From Lama guanicoe (Eukaryota), in the NCBI GenBank assembly GCA_013239625.1, contig MU054117.1:4863514-4927513 (forward strand): DNA of 64,000 bases, read 5' to 3'. The position numbers were made by a program, and so were the translations under genes. Positions 13,306-24,505 of this stretch are shown here, in pieces (position 1 is the first letter of the stretch; every line of letters starts with the position of its first letter). The notes under the pieces were generated by a model. That model saw nothing but the letters and a program-made list of their open reading frames with translations. It did no database searches and was not told the DNA's origin.

Positions 13306-13385
13306 GGGTGGCTATAACTCAGTGTAGAGCACATGCTTTGCATGCACAAGGTCCTGGGTTCAATTCCCAATACCTCCATTAAAAA
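13306..13385 (+). mobile_element. tRNA-Ala-derived SINE (vic-1-like)
   Basis: ctcagtgtagagcacatgctttgcatgcacaaggtcctgggttcaattcccaatacctcc followed by an A tail. Confidence 0.8.
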
Positions 13386-14323
13386 TTTTTTTTTAAACTT
13401 TTGCCCTTTATACTTAAGTTCTGTCTACCTGAAGTTGATTTTTGTGTTTTGTGTGTTATAAGGGGTTCTTTTTCTTTCTTTTCTTTTCTTTTTTTCTGGT
13501 GATATATAATGTTTATTTTAAAAATTCAAGTAATACAGATTAAGGGGCGAAAATACTCTCCAAATCTCATCATTTGGAAATAACCAATGTAACAGCTTCT
13601 CCATTTCTGTGACCACATTTGGCTCACACCTCAGTTGATTTGGTTGTATAGTTAGTTGTTCCATTTTTAAGAAAGTCTTGTTTATGGTACATATTTTTCA
13701 TTTTTTAATATGGAAAATCAGTTACCACAGCCTCATTTATTAAATAGTCCCTCCTTTCTGCCTGATCTGCTTTGCTACCTCTGTTAGAGATCAAAGTTCC
13801 ATACATACATGGATCTGTTTCTGGACACTCTATTTTCTGTTCTGCTGGTCAGCTTTTAAAACCTGCACCAATAACACACTTTCTTAGATCCTATAGCTTT
13901 AAAATAAATCTAGGTATCTCCCAGAGCAAACACCACTGTGCCAATACACTCTTCTTCAGGAGCACCTTGTCACTTCTTGGCTGTTGCTCTGAGAATCAGC
14001 TTGTCAAATTGTGCAGGACTTTGGGTGGAATTGCATTGAACACAAAGTCCAATTGGAGACAAACTAGTATTTTTTGATAGAGAAACTTCCTATCAAAGAT
14101 TGGGGATATCTCTCAATTTATTTAGGTCGTTAATGTCTTTCAATGAACTTGTGTAATTTTCTGCATACAGCTAATGCAAGTCTTCCATTTTATTTATTCC
14201 TGGTACTTTATTGCTTTTCTTTTATGGTAAATGGTATTTTCAAAGATTACATTTCAAATAGTTCTTTTTTTTTGCAGATAGAAATGCAATTGATTTTCCA
14301 TGTTGATTTTAGAGCCAACCACC

Positions 14324-14457
14324 TTTTTTTTTAATAACCAAGGCTTTCTGCTTGTTTTGTTTGTTTGTCTGTTTTTAAATTGGAAGTACCGGAGATTGAA
14401 CCCAGGACTTCGTGTATGCTAACCACATGCTATACCACTCAGCTATACCCGCCCCCC
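14324..14457 (-). mobile_element. tRNA-Ala-derived SINE (vic-1-like)
   Basis: Family consensus on the minus strand, flanked by direct repeat caaccacc. Confidence 0.8.
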
Positions 14458-15695
14458 ACAACCACCCTAATAAACTCTCTCTTGTGTATACTTATTTTTC
14501 GAGAGATTTTTGGAATTTTCTATGAAGACAATCATGTCATCTGCAAACGATGCCTATTTGCTTTTTCCTTTCCAATACTATGCCTTTAATTCCCTCTGCT
14601 TGCGCTGGCCGGGTCCTTTGGTACAATGTTGAACCCAAGCAGTAATAGCTGGCTTCCTTCTTTTGCTCCTGGACTTAAAATAAACTCTTACAATGTCTTC
14701 CCAGTAAGAATGGTATTTACTGTAGTTTTTTTATTTAAATAGGTTTTATCAAGTTAAGGAAGACCCCCTCTATTCCTAGTTTGCTAAGAATCTGTCATGT
14801 ATGGTTATTGAATTAAATGGTTTTCAAAGCCAATTTTTATTGTGAAATATGACATATCAAGATATGCAATAAGAACACAAAGTATACTGACTACTCATAA
14901 AAGAATCCTTATAGAGGGAATACTCATGCAACCACCGTCCAGGCCAAATAAAAGACTTTTGCCGGTACTCAGAAAGGAGCTCTGTGTCCTTACTCCGTCA
15001 CACAATTCCGCCCTCACCATAGGTTAAGTAGTATTTTGACTTTTATGGCAATCACTTCCATGCTATTAATAGTTTCTCTGTATGTGTGTAGATGCCTTAA
15101 CAATATAGCTTCTTTTGTCTGCTTTTGATGATACATATGTAATAATTCTATATGTATTTGTTCTGTATGTTGCAGTGGAATCAGGGCATAGGGCATCTTT
15201 ATTAATGCTAAACTTTCCCGCAGTGGTTTAACCTCATTGTACTCTCATTAATTTTGTGTGAGAACATCTCTCGCTCCATATTGTTGTCAACTCTTGATAT
15301 TTTCAGACTTTAGTTTTAGCTATTTTGGTGGATACAGTGGTATTTCATTATTGCGTTTCTTTAATACTTTTTTGTATTCATGACCTTGTGGATTTCCTTT
15401 TGTGTAGTGTGAGTTCTAATCTTTAGTTCATGTTTATAATTTGTATTGTTAGCATTTTTTTCTTACTCATTTGTAGTTCTTTATACATCCCAGACACATC
15501 CTTTGTCAGTGATATATATTACAAATGCTTCCTTCTATTCTGTGGCTTGTCTTTTGATTAACAGATGTTCTTGATTTTAATGTAGTCAAATGAACCAATC
15601 CTTCCCTTTATGGTCAGTATATTTGATCCTTAAGAAAGACTTCCCTACCTTGAATTCATGACTAAATTCCTACTATCTTCCAAAAACCTTTTTAA

Positions 15696-15825
15696 AAAAA
15701 AAAAAAACGGGGGAGGTAATTAGGTTTATTTATTTATTTATTTTAATGGAGGGACTGGGGATTGAACCCAGGACCTCGTGCATGCTAAGCACATGCTCCA
15801 CCACTGAACTATACCCTCCATCCCT
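15696..15825 (-). mobile_element. tRNA-Ala-derived SINE (vic-1-like)
   Basis: Family consensus; near-perfect TSD caaaaRcctttttaa on both sides. Confidence 0.85.
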
Positions 15826-16487
15826 CAAAAGCCTTTTTAATTTGCCCCTTACATTTAGGCTGTAGCATAGTAGTGAATGATTTTTAATATATGGCTTAAA
15901 ATAGGGTTTCAATTTTATATTTTCATATAGATATCTATACCATATAGATGTCACAACAACATTGAAATGTGTGTCCTTTCCCTCCTGCTCAAATGTGCAA
16001 ACACTGTCATAAACCAAGTGTCCATACGTGTGAATTTGTTTCTGAGCTCTGTATTATGTTCTAGTGGTCAATTTATCTGTCTATATCTTGTGCCAATACT
16101 ACGCTACCTTAATTATCATGGCTTTGTAATTGTGTCCTGGTATCTGGTAAAGCAAGTCTTTCCACCTTGTTTGTTTTCAAGAGGTTATTCTTGACCTTTT
16201 GCATTTCCATGCATTTTAGAAATCAGTTTTGTCAGTTTCATATACTTACCAAAAAAGCCTGTTTGGATTTTGATTAGGATTGTACTGAATCTATAAATCA
16301 CTTTAGGGAGAACTGACTTCTTCATATTATAAATTCTAATCTATGAATGTGAAATATCTCTCCATTTATTTTAGGTCTTCAGTGTCTCATAATAAATTAA
16401 AATTCGCAACATATGGGTCTTATACATATTTTGTTATATTTATACCTTGATATTTGATACTTTTCATAGTATTGCAAGTGGTAATTT

Positions 16488-17212
16488 TTTTTATTGAAGT
16501 AGATTTACAATGATGTGTTAGTTTCTGGTGTACAGCATAGTGATTCAGTTGTATGTATATATATTCTTTTTCATATTCTTCTTTATTATAGATTATTACA
16601 AGCTATTGAATATAGTTCTCTGTGCTATATAGTAGGACCTTGCTGTTTTATCTATTTTATATGTGGTAGTTTGTATCTACTAATTCCAGACTCCTAATTT
16701 ATCCCTCCCCCTCCCTTTCCCCTTTGGTAACCGTAAGTTTGTTTATGTCTGTAAGTCTGTTTCTGTTTTGTAAATAAATTCATTTGTGTCATTTTTTTTT
16801 AGATTCCACATATAAATGATATCATATGCTATTTGTCTTTCTCTGTTTAACTTACTTCATTTAGTATGATAATCTCTAGGTCCATCCATGTTGCTACAAA
16901 TGGCATTATTTCATTCTTTTTTATGTCTGAGTAATATTCCACTGTATATATACCACATCTTTATTCATTCATCTGTCAATGGACATTTAGGTTGCTTTCA
17001 TGTCTTGGCTATTGTAAACAGTACTGCTATGAACATTGGGGTGCATGTATCTTTTTGAATTAGAGTTTTTTCTGGATATATGCCCAGGAGTGGGATTGCT
17101 GGATCATATGGTGAGTCTACTTTTGGCTTTTAAAGGAATCTTCATATTATTTTCCATAGTGGCTGCACCAATTTACATTCCCACCAACAGTGTAGGAAGG
17201 TTCCCTTGTCTC
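16488..17212 (-). mobile_element. 5'-truncated LINE-1 3'UTR insertion with 15-bp TSD
   Basis: tgcaagtggtaattt at 16473-16487 and 17213-17227; the body resembles the L1 3' end at 8510-9240. Confidence 0.9.
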
Positions 17213-19172
17213 TGCAAGTGGTAATTTAAAAATTATTCATCATCTAATTGTTTGTTGTTCATATATATATAGTGGATTTTATATTTTCTTAATCAAGCAA
17301 CCTTATTAATTATTATATTATTATTATAATAATTTATTTGTAGATTCTTTTGAATTTTCTACATATGCAGTCACATTTTCACATTTTCTGTAAATGGTAA
17401 CTGCTTTGTTTCTTTTTTTATCTAATCCTTTTACTTTTTTGTTTTTCTTTCTTATCTTAGTGCTCTGGCTAGGATCCCCGTTATGACACTGAATAGAATT
17501 CTTGACACCAGGCATTTCTTTATCAGATTTACAATTTCCCTTTTACTTTTCTAAAAGATTTTTTAGCCAAAAATGAATGTTGATTTTATCACATGCTTTT
17601 TCTATATTTATTGAGATGATTGTGATTTTCCTTTAATCTATTAATATGATGAGTAAAACAAGTGTATTTTGTAATATAAAGCTACCCTTAAATTCCTGAC
17701 ATAAATTCAAGTTAGTCTCGGTGTATTATCTCTTTTGCACATTGCTGGATTCAGTTTGCTAGTGTTTTATTGAAGATTTTTGTATCTCTGTTAATAAGTG
17801 AGGTTGGCTTGTCATTTTCCTTTCTAGTATTGCCCTTTTCCGGTTTGGTTATCAGAGTAATCCTGGCCCCATAGAAGGTGCTGGGGAGTGTCCTTTCTTT
17901 TCCTATTTTCTGGAGAAGTTTATATAAGATTAAAACGACCTGCATTTTGAAAGTTTGGTGCAACTTGCCTGCAGGATGTAATTTTTAACTCCTTCTTTTC
18001 CTTTCACAGCTCACAACTAATCCATTTGCAAATTCTGTTCACCCTAGCTTTAAATTAACTTCAGAATCCAACTACTTCTCGCCTCCACTGCTACCACCTT
18101 CGTCTGAGCCACCACCATCCTCTCCTGCCTTGCTCCTTTTTCTTTTTTTAAACTCTCTTCTCCATTGTCACCTTATCAGAGAGGCCTTTCCTTACGACCA
18201 TATATAAAATAGGAAATGTCTTCTGCTTTCCCCATCCCCCCTCCTTGTTTTGTTTTGCTTTATAAGTTTATTACCTCCTGACCACTTATGTGTGGACGTA
18301 TGTATTTATTGCCTGAGTCTCACCACAAGAATGTAAATACCAAGAGGGCACGTATTCTGTCTGTATCCCTAGCAGTTAGAACAATGCCTGGCATAAGAGG
18401 TGCTAAATATATTCTTTTCAATCAATGATGAATATTTTATTATGTGACTGACTCCTTAGACGTCAGTCAGTCTCTCAAGCTTTATTTCAGTACATCTTGT
18501 TTTCTATCCTCAGCATTAAAAACACAGCGCCTGGCACATGGCCTTGCACATAACTGTCACTTAGTAACAAATGAATGAATAAATGTTAAGTCCTAGGCTT
18601 TGCTTAAATTTAATTAGCTCCCATCCTTCCCTTGGAGATCTGTACTTTTCTTCCCACTTTCCCCTCTTCTTGCCTCATTTCTAGTCCGTGCTCTTCTTTC
18701 TTACATCTAACCCTCCTCCTCTTCTCTCTCTGCCCTTTCTAATCTCACTCTTTAGTCCACCCCCTCTCCTTTCTTTCTCCAAATTCTCCTTTTCTATTTA
18801 TTAATTGTTCCCTCATTTTCTCCTCTTACACTTCTTTGTCTCACAAAACGGAACGTAAAACATCAGAATTAGAACTGGCCTTTATCTCTCACTCTGCAGA
18901 TACAGAAAAGGGGACACCACAAGATGGCACAATTTGCAAAGGTCGCAGCTAGTGTAACACTGAATTAGGAGGAGATCTCAGAATACCTTTCTCCTTCTCT
19001 TCTCTCTTTCATTTCTGCTTTGTCTTCTCTTTCCTAGCATAATATTGGAGTCAGACAAACTTGTATTTGGATCTCAGTTCCACCACTTATACTGGTGACC
19101 TTCAACTTATTTAACTTCTGTGATCCTCAGTGTCCTCATATGTTAATTGAAATATTAATATGCACCATAGCA

Positions 19173-19327
19173 GGGAGGGCATAGCTCAGTGGTAGAGCAT
19201 ATGCCTAGCATGCACAAGGTCCTGGGTTCAATCCCCAGTACCTCCATCAAATAAAAAAATAATAATAATAAATAAGTAAATAAACCAAATTACCTTTCCC
19301 CTAAAATATATATATATATATATTTTA
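19173..19327 (+). mobile_element. tRNA-Ala-derived SINE (vic-1-like) inserted in a MIR
   Basis: Full consensus and tail; TSD aatatgcacc at 19157-19166 and 19328-19337; flanks read as MIR core. Confidence 0.85.
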
Positions 19328-19429
19328 AATATGCACCTCAAAGGGTTGTTGTAAAGATTAAATAAAAAGTTGAATAACAACAACATACACAGACCAAAAA
19401 AACCCAAAAACAAAACCCCTAGAGCTAAT

Positions 19430-22230
19430 AGCACACTTTACAGTGAGAAACTCAAAGCTTTCCAAGACCAAGTAGAAGGCAAGGATATCTGCTCTCATCA
19501 CTCCTTTTCAACATCATACTGGAAATCTTTGCTAGTGCAATAAATCAAGAACAGGAAATAAAAGGTATACAGACTGAGAAAGAAGACATACAACTATCTT
19601 TCTGACAGATGACGTGGTCATTTATGTGGAAAATCTGAAGGAATGAACAAGAACATAAAACCTCCTGCAACTAATAAGCAATTAGAGCAAAGTTGCAGGA
19701 TACAAAGGTTACTACACAAAAGTCAACTGCTTTCCTGTATACCAACAATTAACAAGAGGAATTTGAAATTAAAAACACAATGTCATTTAGCTATCCCTAA
19801 ATGTGAAATACTTAAGTATGAATCTAACAAAGTATATATAAGATCTATGAAGAAAACTACAAAACTCTGATGAACAAATCAAAGAAGAACTAATTAAATG
19901 GAGAAATAATTCACATTCATGGATAGGAAGACTCAATATTGTCGAGATCAGTTCTTCCCAATTTGACCTACAGATTCAATACCATCTCAATCACAACTGC
20001 AGCAAGTTCTCTTATGGGTATCAACAAACTGAGTCTAAAGGTTATATGGTGAGGCAAAAGACCCAGAACAGTCAATACAATATTGAAAGAGAAGAACAAA
20101 GTTGGAGGACTGACATAACCTGATTTCAAATCTTACTATAAATACTATATTACTATATAAAGCTATAGTAATAAGACAATATACATTGACAAAAAAAATA
20201 GATCAATGGAACAGAACAGAGAGCCCAGAAACAGACCCCCATATAGTCAACTAATCTTTGACAAAGGAGAAAAGGCAATACAACAGAACAAAGATAGTCT
20301 CTTCAACAAATGATGCTGGAACAACTGGACGTCCACATGCAAAAAAAAAAAATCTAGATCTAGACACAGACTTTACACCCTTCACAAATATTAACTCAAA
20401 TGGATCACATACCTACATGTAAAATTCAAAACTATTAGACTCCCAGAAGATAACATAAGAGAAAACCTAGATGACCGTGAGTATGACTTTTTAGATACAC
20501 CACCAAAGACATGATATATGAATGAAATAATGATAAGCTAGACTTAATTAAAATTTAAAGCTTCCACTTTGAGACAGACCATATCAAGAGAATCATAAGA
20601 CAAGCCACAGATGAACAAAATATTTGCAAAAGGTACATCTGATAAAGGATTATTATCCAAAATACACAAAGAACTCTTAAAACTCAAGAAATAAGAAAAC
20701 ATACAACCCAGTCAAGAAATGGGCCAAAGACCTTAACAGAGACTTCATCAGAAAAGATACACAGATGGTAAGCTCCACATCATATATCATCAGAAGTGGT
20801 GAGGGAATAGCTCAGTGGTAGAGTGGGTGCTTAGCCTGCGTGAGGTCCTGGCTTCAATCCCCAGTACCTCCACTAAAAAATGACATAAACAACTGGAAGT
20901 CCTGGGGAAGTCATGTACAGCATGATGACTATAGTAAAACAAAAAAAAATACACTGTGTTGGCATATTTGAAAGTTGCTAAGAGAGTAGATCCTAAAAGT
21001 TTTCATCACAAGGAAAGAAAATTTTTTTGTAATTATATAAGGTGATGGGTGTTAACTAATTGCAATCATCTCACAATATATACATGTGTCAAGTCATTAT
21101 GCTGTACACCTTCAGCTTATACAGTGCTGTATCTCAATTGTATCTTATGAAAGCTGAAAAAACATAAAATTTACTTTAAAAAGTCAAAAAAAATAAAAAA
21201 TAAAAAAGTTAAAAACAAAAAGAAAGAAGAAAGCTCCCCCCCCCAAAACACAAAAACCTAATTACCTCACCACCACCCAAAAAAAACAAAGAAAAAAAAA
21301 GACATATATCATCAGGGAAATGCAAATTAAAATGACAGTGGATACCACTACATACCTATTAGATTGGCAACATCTGAAGCACTGACAACACCAAATGCTG
21401 GTGAGGACATGGAGCAACAGGAATTCTGGTCTATTCCTGGTGGGAATGCAAAATGGTACAGCCAAGTTGGAAGACAGTTTGGCAGTTTCTTACAAAACTA
21501 AACATACTCTTACCATATGATCCAGCAATTGTGCTCCTTGGTATTTACCCAAGGGAATAGAATACTTATGTCCACACAAAACCCTGAATAAGGATGTTTA
21601 TAACAGCTTTATGCATAATTGCGCTGACTTGGAAGCTACCAGGATGTCTTTTAGTAGGTGAATGGATAAATAAACTGTAGTACATCCAGACAATGGAATA
21701 CTATTTGGCACTAAAATGAAATGAGCTATCGAGCCATGAAAAGACATGGAGGAAACTTAAAGTGAAAGAAGACCAGTCTGAGAAGTCTACATACTGTATG
21801 AATCCTACTCAATCTCACTCTGGAAAAGACAAAACTATGGAGACTAAAAATATCAGCAGTTGCCAGGGGTGGGGTGTGGGAAGAGATAAATAGGCATAAC
21901 ACAAGAGAATTTTTAGGGCAATAAACATTTTTAGTTCAATGAAAATACTCTGTATATTACAGTGATGGATATCTGTCATTATACAGTTTTCCAAATCCAC
22001 TGAATGTATGTCATAAAGAGTGAACCCTGAAGGTAAATTAGGGACTTTGGGTGATTATGCGTCAATATAGGTTCATCCTTGGTAAAAAAAAAAAATGTAT
22101 CATTCTGATGAGTGATGTTGACGATGGAGGTTATGCAAGTGTGGGAGCAGGGGGTATATGGGAAATCTCTGAACCTTCCTCTCAATTTTATTGTAAACCC
22201 AAAACTTCTCAAAAAAAAAGTCTTAAAAAA
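19430..22230 (+). mobile_element. Old LINE-1 (L1M-type) ORF2 3' part and 3'UTR, interrupted by a SINE/L1 composite
   Basis: Sense L1 phrases: atggataggaagactcaatattgtc, gatagtctcttcaacaaatgatgctggaacaactgg, gtgggaatgcaaaatggtacagcc. Confidence 0.85.
20794..21302 (+). mobile_element. vic-1-like SINE carrying an internal L1 3'-end fragment
   Basis: tRNA head about 20797-20872, L1 3' end about 20890-21180, SINE tail aaacctaattacctc about 21254-21268; TSD catatatcatcag at 20781-20793 and 21303-21315. Confidence 0.8.
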
Positions 22231-22321
22231 GTTGAGCAAGTAAAGACCTGGCACATAATAGAACATATATTCACCCTTTTCTTGTTCTTTCCTCATAGTT
22301 TTCTTTTTCCTTCCCTCTTTA

Positions 22322-22513
22322 TTTATTTTTTTTAGGTCTTTGACTTTTTTTTTAATGATGTATAGTCAGTTTACAATGTTGCATCAATTTCTTATGTACA
22401 GCATAATGTTTCAGTCATACATGTACATACATATATTCCTTTTCATTACAGGTTACTACAAGATATTGAATGTAGTTCCCTGTTTTGTACAGTAGAAAAT
22501 TGTAGTTTATCTA
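22322..22513 (-). mobile_element. Short L1 3'-end insertion with 14-bp TSD
   Basis: tccttccctcttta at 22308-22321 and 22514-22527; body matches the L1 3' terminus seen at 8515 onward. Confidence 0.8.
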
Positions 22514-23569
22514 TCCTTCCCTCTTTAAATGGATAAGGTTGGACTCATAAATTCTTTGGCTCCTTCAACCTTTGGAATGTTTTATTAGCCTTTGCTCCCT
22601 TCTTCTCACTTTCATATGTCATCTTTCATTTATTTCTTCTTTTTCTTTATCCTCCTCTGCCTCTTCCTCCTCATTCTTTTTCCTCTTCTCCTTCCTTTCT
22701 CTGTTTCTGCTTCTCATTTTCTATCATAAACCAAGCCATGTGGACCATAAGCTTTGAGTTTAAAGTCCCTTCAGCTCCAGAAGTCGACAAGTTAGTTCTA
22801 TGACTTTTCTCTTAATTTATGTTCTTTTCCCCTCTCTCCATTACTTATAAATTACTTAACTTCCCTGGGCCTCGGTTTTTCCATTTGGAAAATGGAAACA
22901 ATAATAGTTTGTTATAAGCATCAAATGAAGTAAGTAAAGCTCTTACCTCAGTGCTTAACACAAAGGCCTCCAAAATGTCATTAACTTTACTCTCACTTGA
23001 CCTTCTGCAAGTCCGGTGAGAACTATAAAATACTATAGAAATGTTAGTTGTTTATTATTTTTTCCTTCAAGTATCATGGTGAATTGGAAAGAAGGCTCCG
23101 GATTTTAAAAGACCTGGGTTCCAGGCAGAACTCTGAATTTTGATGAGCCTCAATTTCCTCATCTGTAAAATGAGAATAATAACATGTGCCTTCCCTCCAC
23201 CTAAGATTTTTTTCCTTCCCCAGGAATTAAAAGGCAATGTACAGGAAAGCATCACTCTTCAAGAATATGTTATCATCATGACAGATGGTGTCCAGGAATC
23301 ACAATGTGGACGCTCTACAGGCACGAGGATTCAATGGGATAAAAAAATTTTTTTAAGATGCCTGATCAATAGTAAGCACTCAAAACATGTTAGCTGTTAT
23401 TTCCTTTACCTTTTCCATTCTTGCCTCTTCCTCCTTCTGAAAACTCAGGGGTTGCACTACTCAGCTGACCTCTACAGCTGAACTTCTATTATTGTCTCCT
23501 TCCTCTCTCCTCCTCACCACCCGCTTTTTCCCTTCTCCCTCTCTCTACTGCAGCTCTCCTCTCCCCTCA

Positions 23570-24250
23570 GGCACACGGTACAGCCCGAAGTCCACAACTC
23601 AGGCCGCTTAGCGCTGACACGGAACCAGCGAGGACCTGCCTGAGACCGAGGCTTCCCTCTGCAAGTTGCTACTAGCACTCGTCCAGCAATAAAGTTTTAT
23701 TGAAATAAGGCAGAAAAAAAGGCGCCCGTCAGTCTTTCCTCAGCAGCCAATGAGAAAGCGGGATGTCTACGTCGCTCACAGGAGCTTCAGCAGTCCGAGG
23801 AGGGGGCGGGGCACGTCGCGCTCGAAACCCCCTCGGAAGAGCGGAAGTACAGCCGGAAGCCAGCCATAGAGTTTAGGGGCCAGAGCGACTCTGCAGGGAG
23901 GTGGCAGGAAAGGCTGGGAACAGCTGCCGGAGGTGACGGAGCAGTGGCCCCGCCCGGTGTGCTGGAAGGCGAAGCTTCCAGGTAGCGGCCCGCAGAGTCT
24001 GACCCAGAATACGACGGGGCAGCCGGCAGGAGCCCACGGTCCCAGGGCGGCTTCTTTAAGGGAGGGGGCGGAGCCACGTGAAGGACCTTGAGGGTGAGGT
24101 CACATGGTTCGGGGCACATGCGGGGTACCGTGGAGTTTTGAGGGATCGTCGTCGTTGGGGTGAACCACTATGTGCCATCCCTTCCTCCACTGCGACCCGT
24201 GCCTTGCGGTTTAATGGGGTGCACGTGCTGGGGCTTGGGGTTAGGGCCAG
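23570..24250 (+). promoter_or_regulatory. COPS7A: COPS7A CpG-island promoter and non-coding first exon(s)
   Basis: CCAAT 23747-23751, GC box 23801-23811, three CGGAAG ETS sites 23834-23859, E-box CACGTG 24075-24080. Candidate first-exon donors CCAG|gtagcg (23981) and AGG|gtgagg (24093). Confidence 0.8.
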
Positions 24251-24505
24251 GGATGGGGGAGGGTGGGCGTGGCAGCCCTGTCTCAGCCAGGCTTCTATCG
24301 AAGTGGCCAATTTTAGGAGTCCTAGATCCAGTGTTAGACTGCTCCATCTCTGAATCCTCGTTGCGAAAGTGGCCCAGTGCCTCTGCAATCCAGCCTCTAG
24401 CCCTGTGCTTTCCACCCTTCCCAGTTCAGGAACTTCCAGCTTCACAACCTCTTTCCTTGCAGCTCCAGACTTCCGGAGCCCAGGTCCCCGCAGCTCAGTG
24501 CAGCC

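Larger units (their letters stand above)
12370..17965 (-). mobile_element. Older L1M-type fragments with younger insertions
   Basis: Degenerate antisense L1 ORF2/3' sequence; e.g. ORF 17751-17963 LYKLLQKIGKERTLPSTFYGARITLITKPEK is L1 ORF2-like. Boundaries approximate. Confidence 0.7.
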
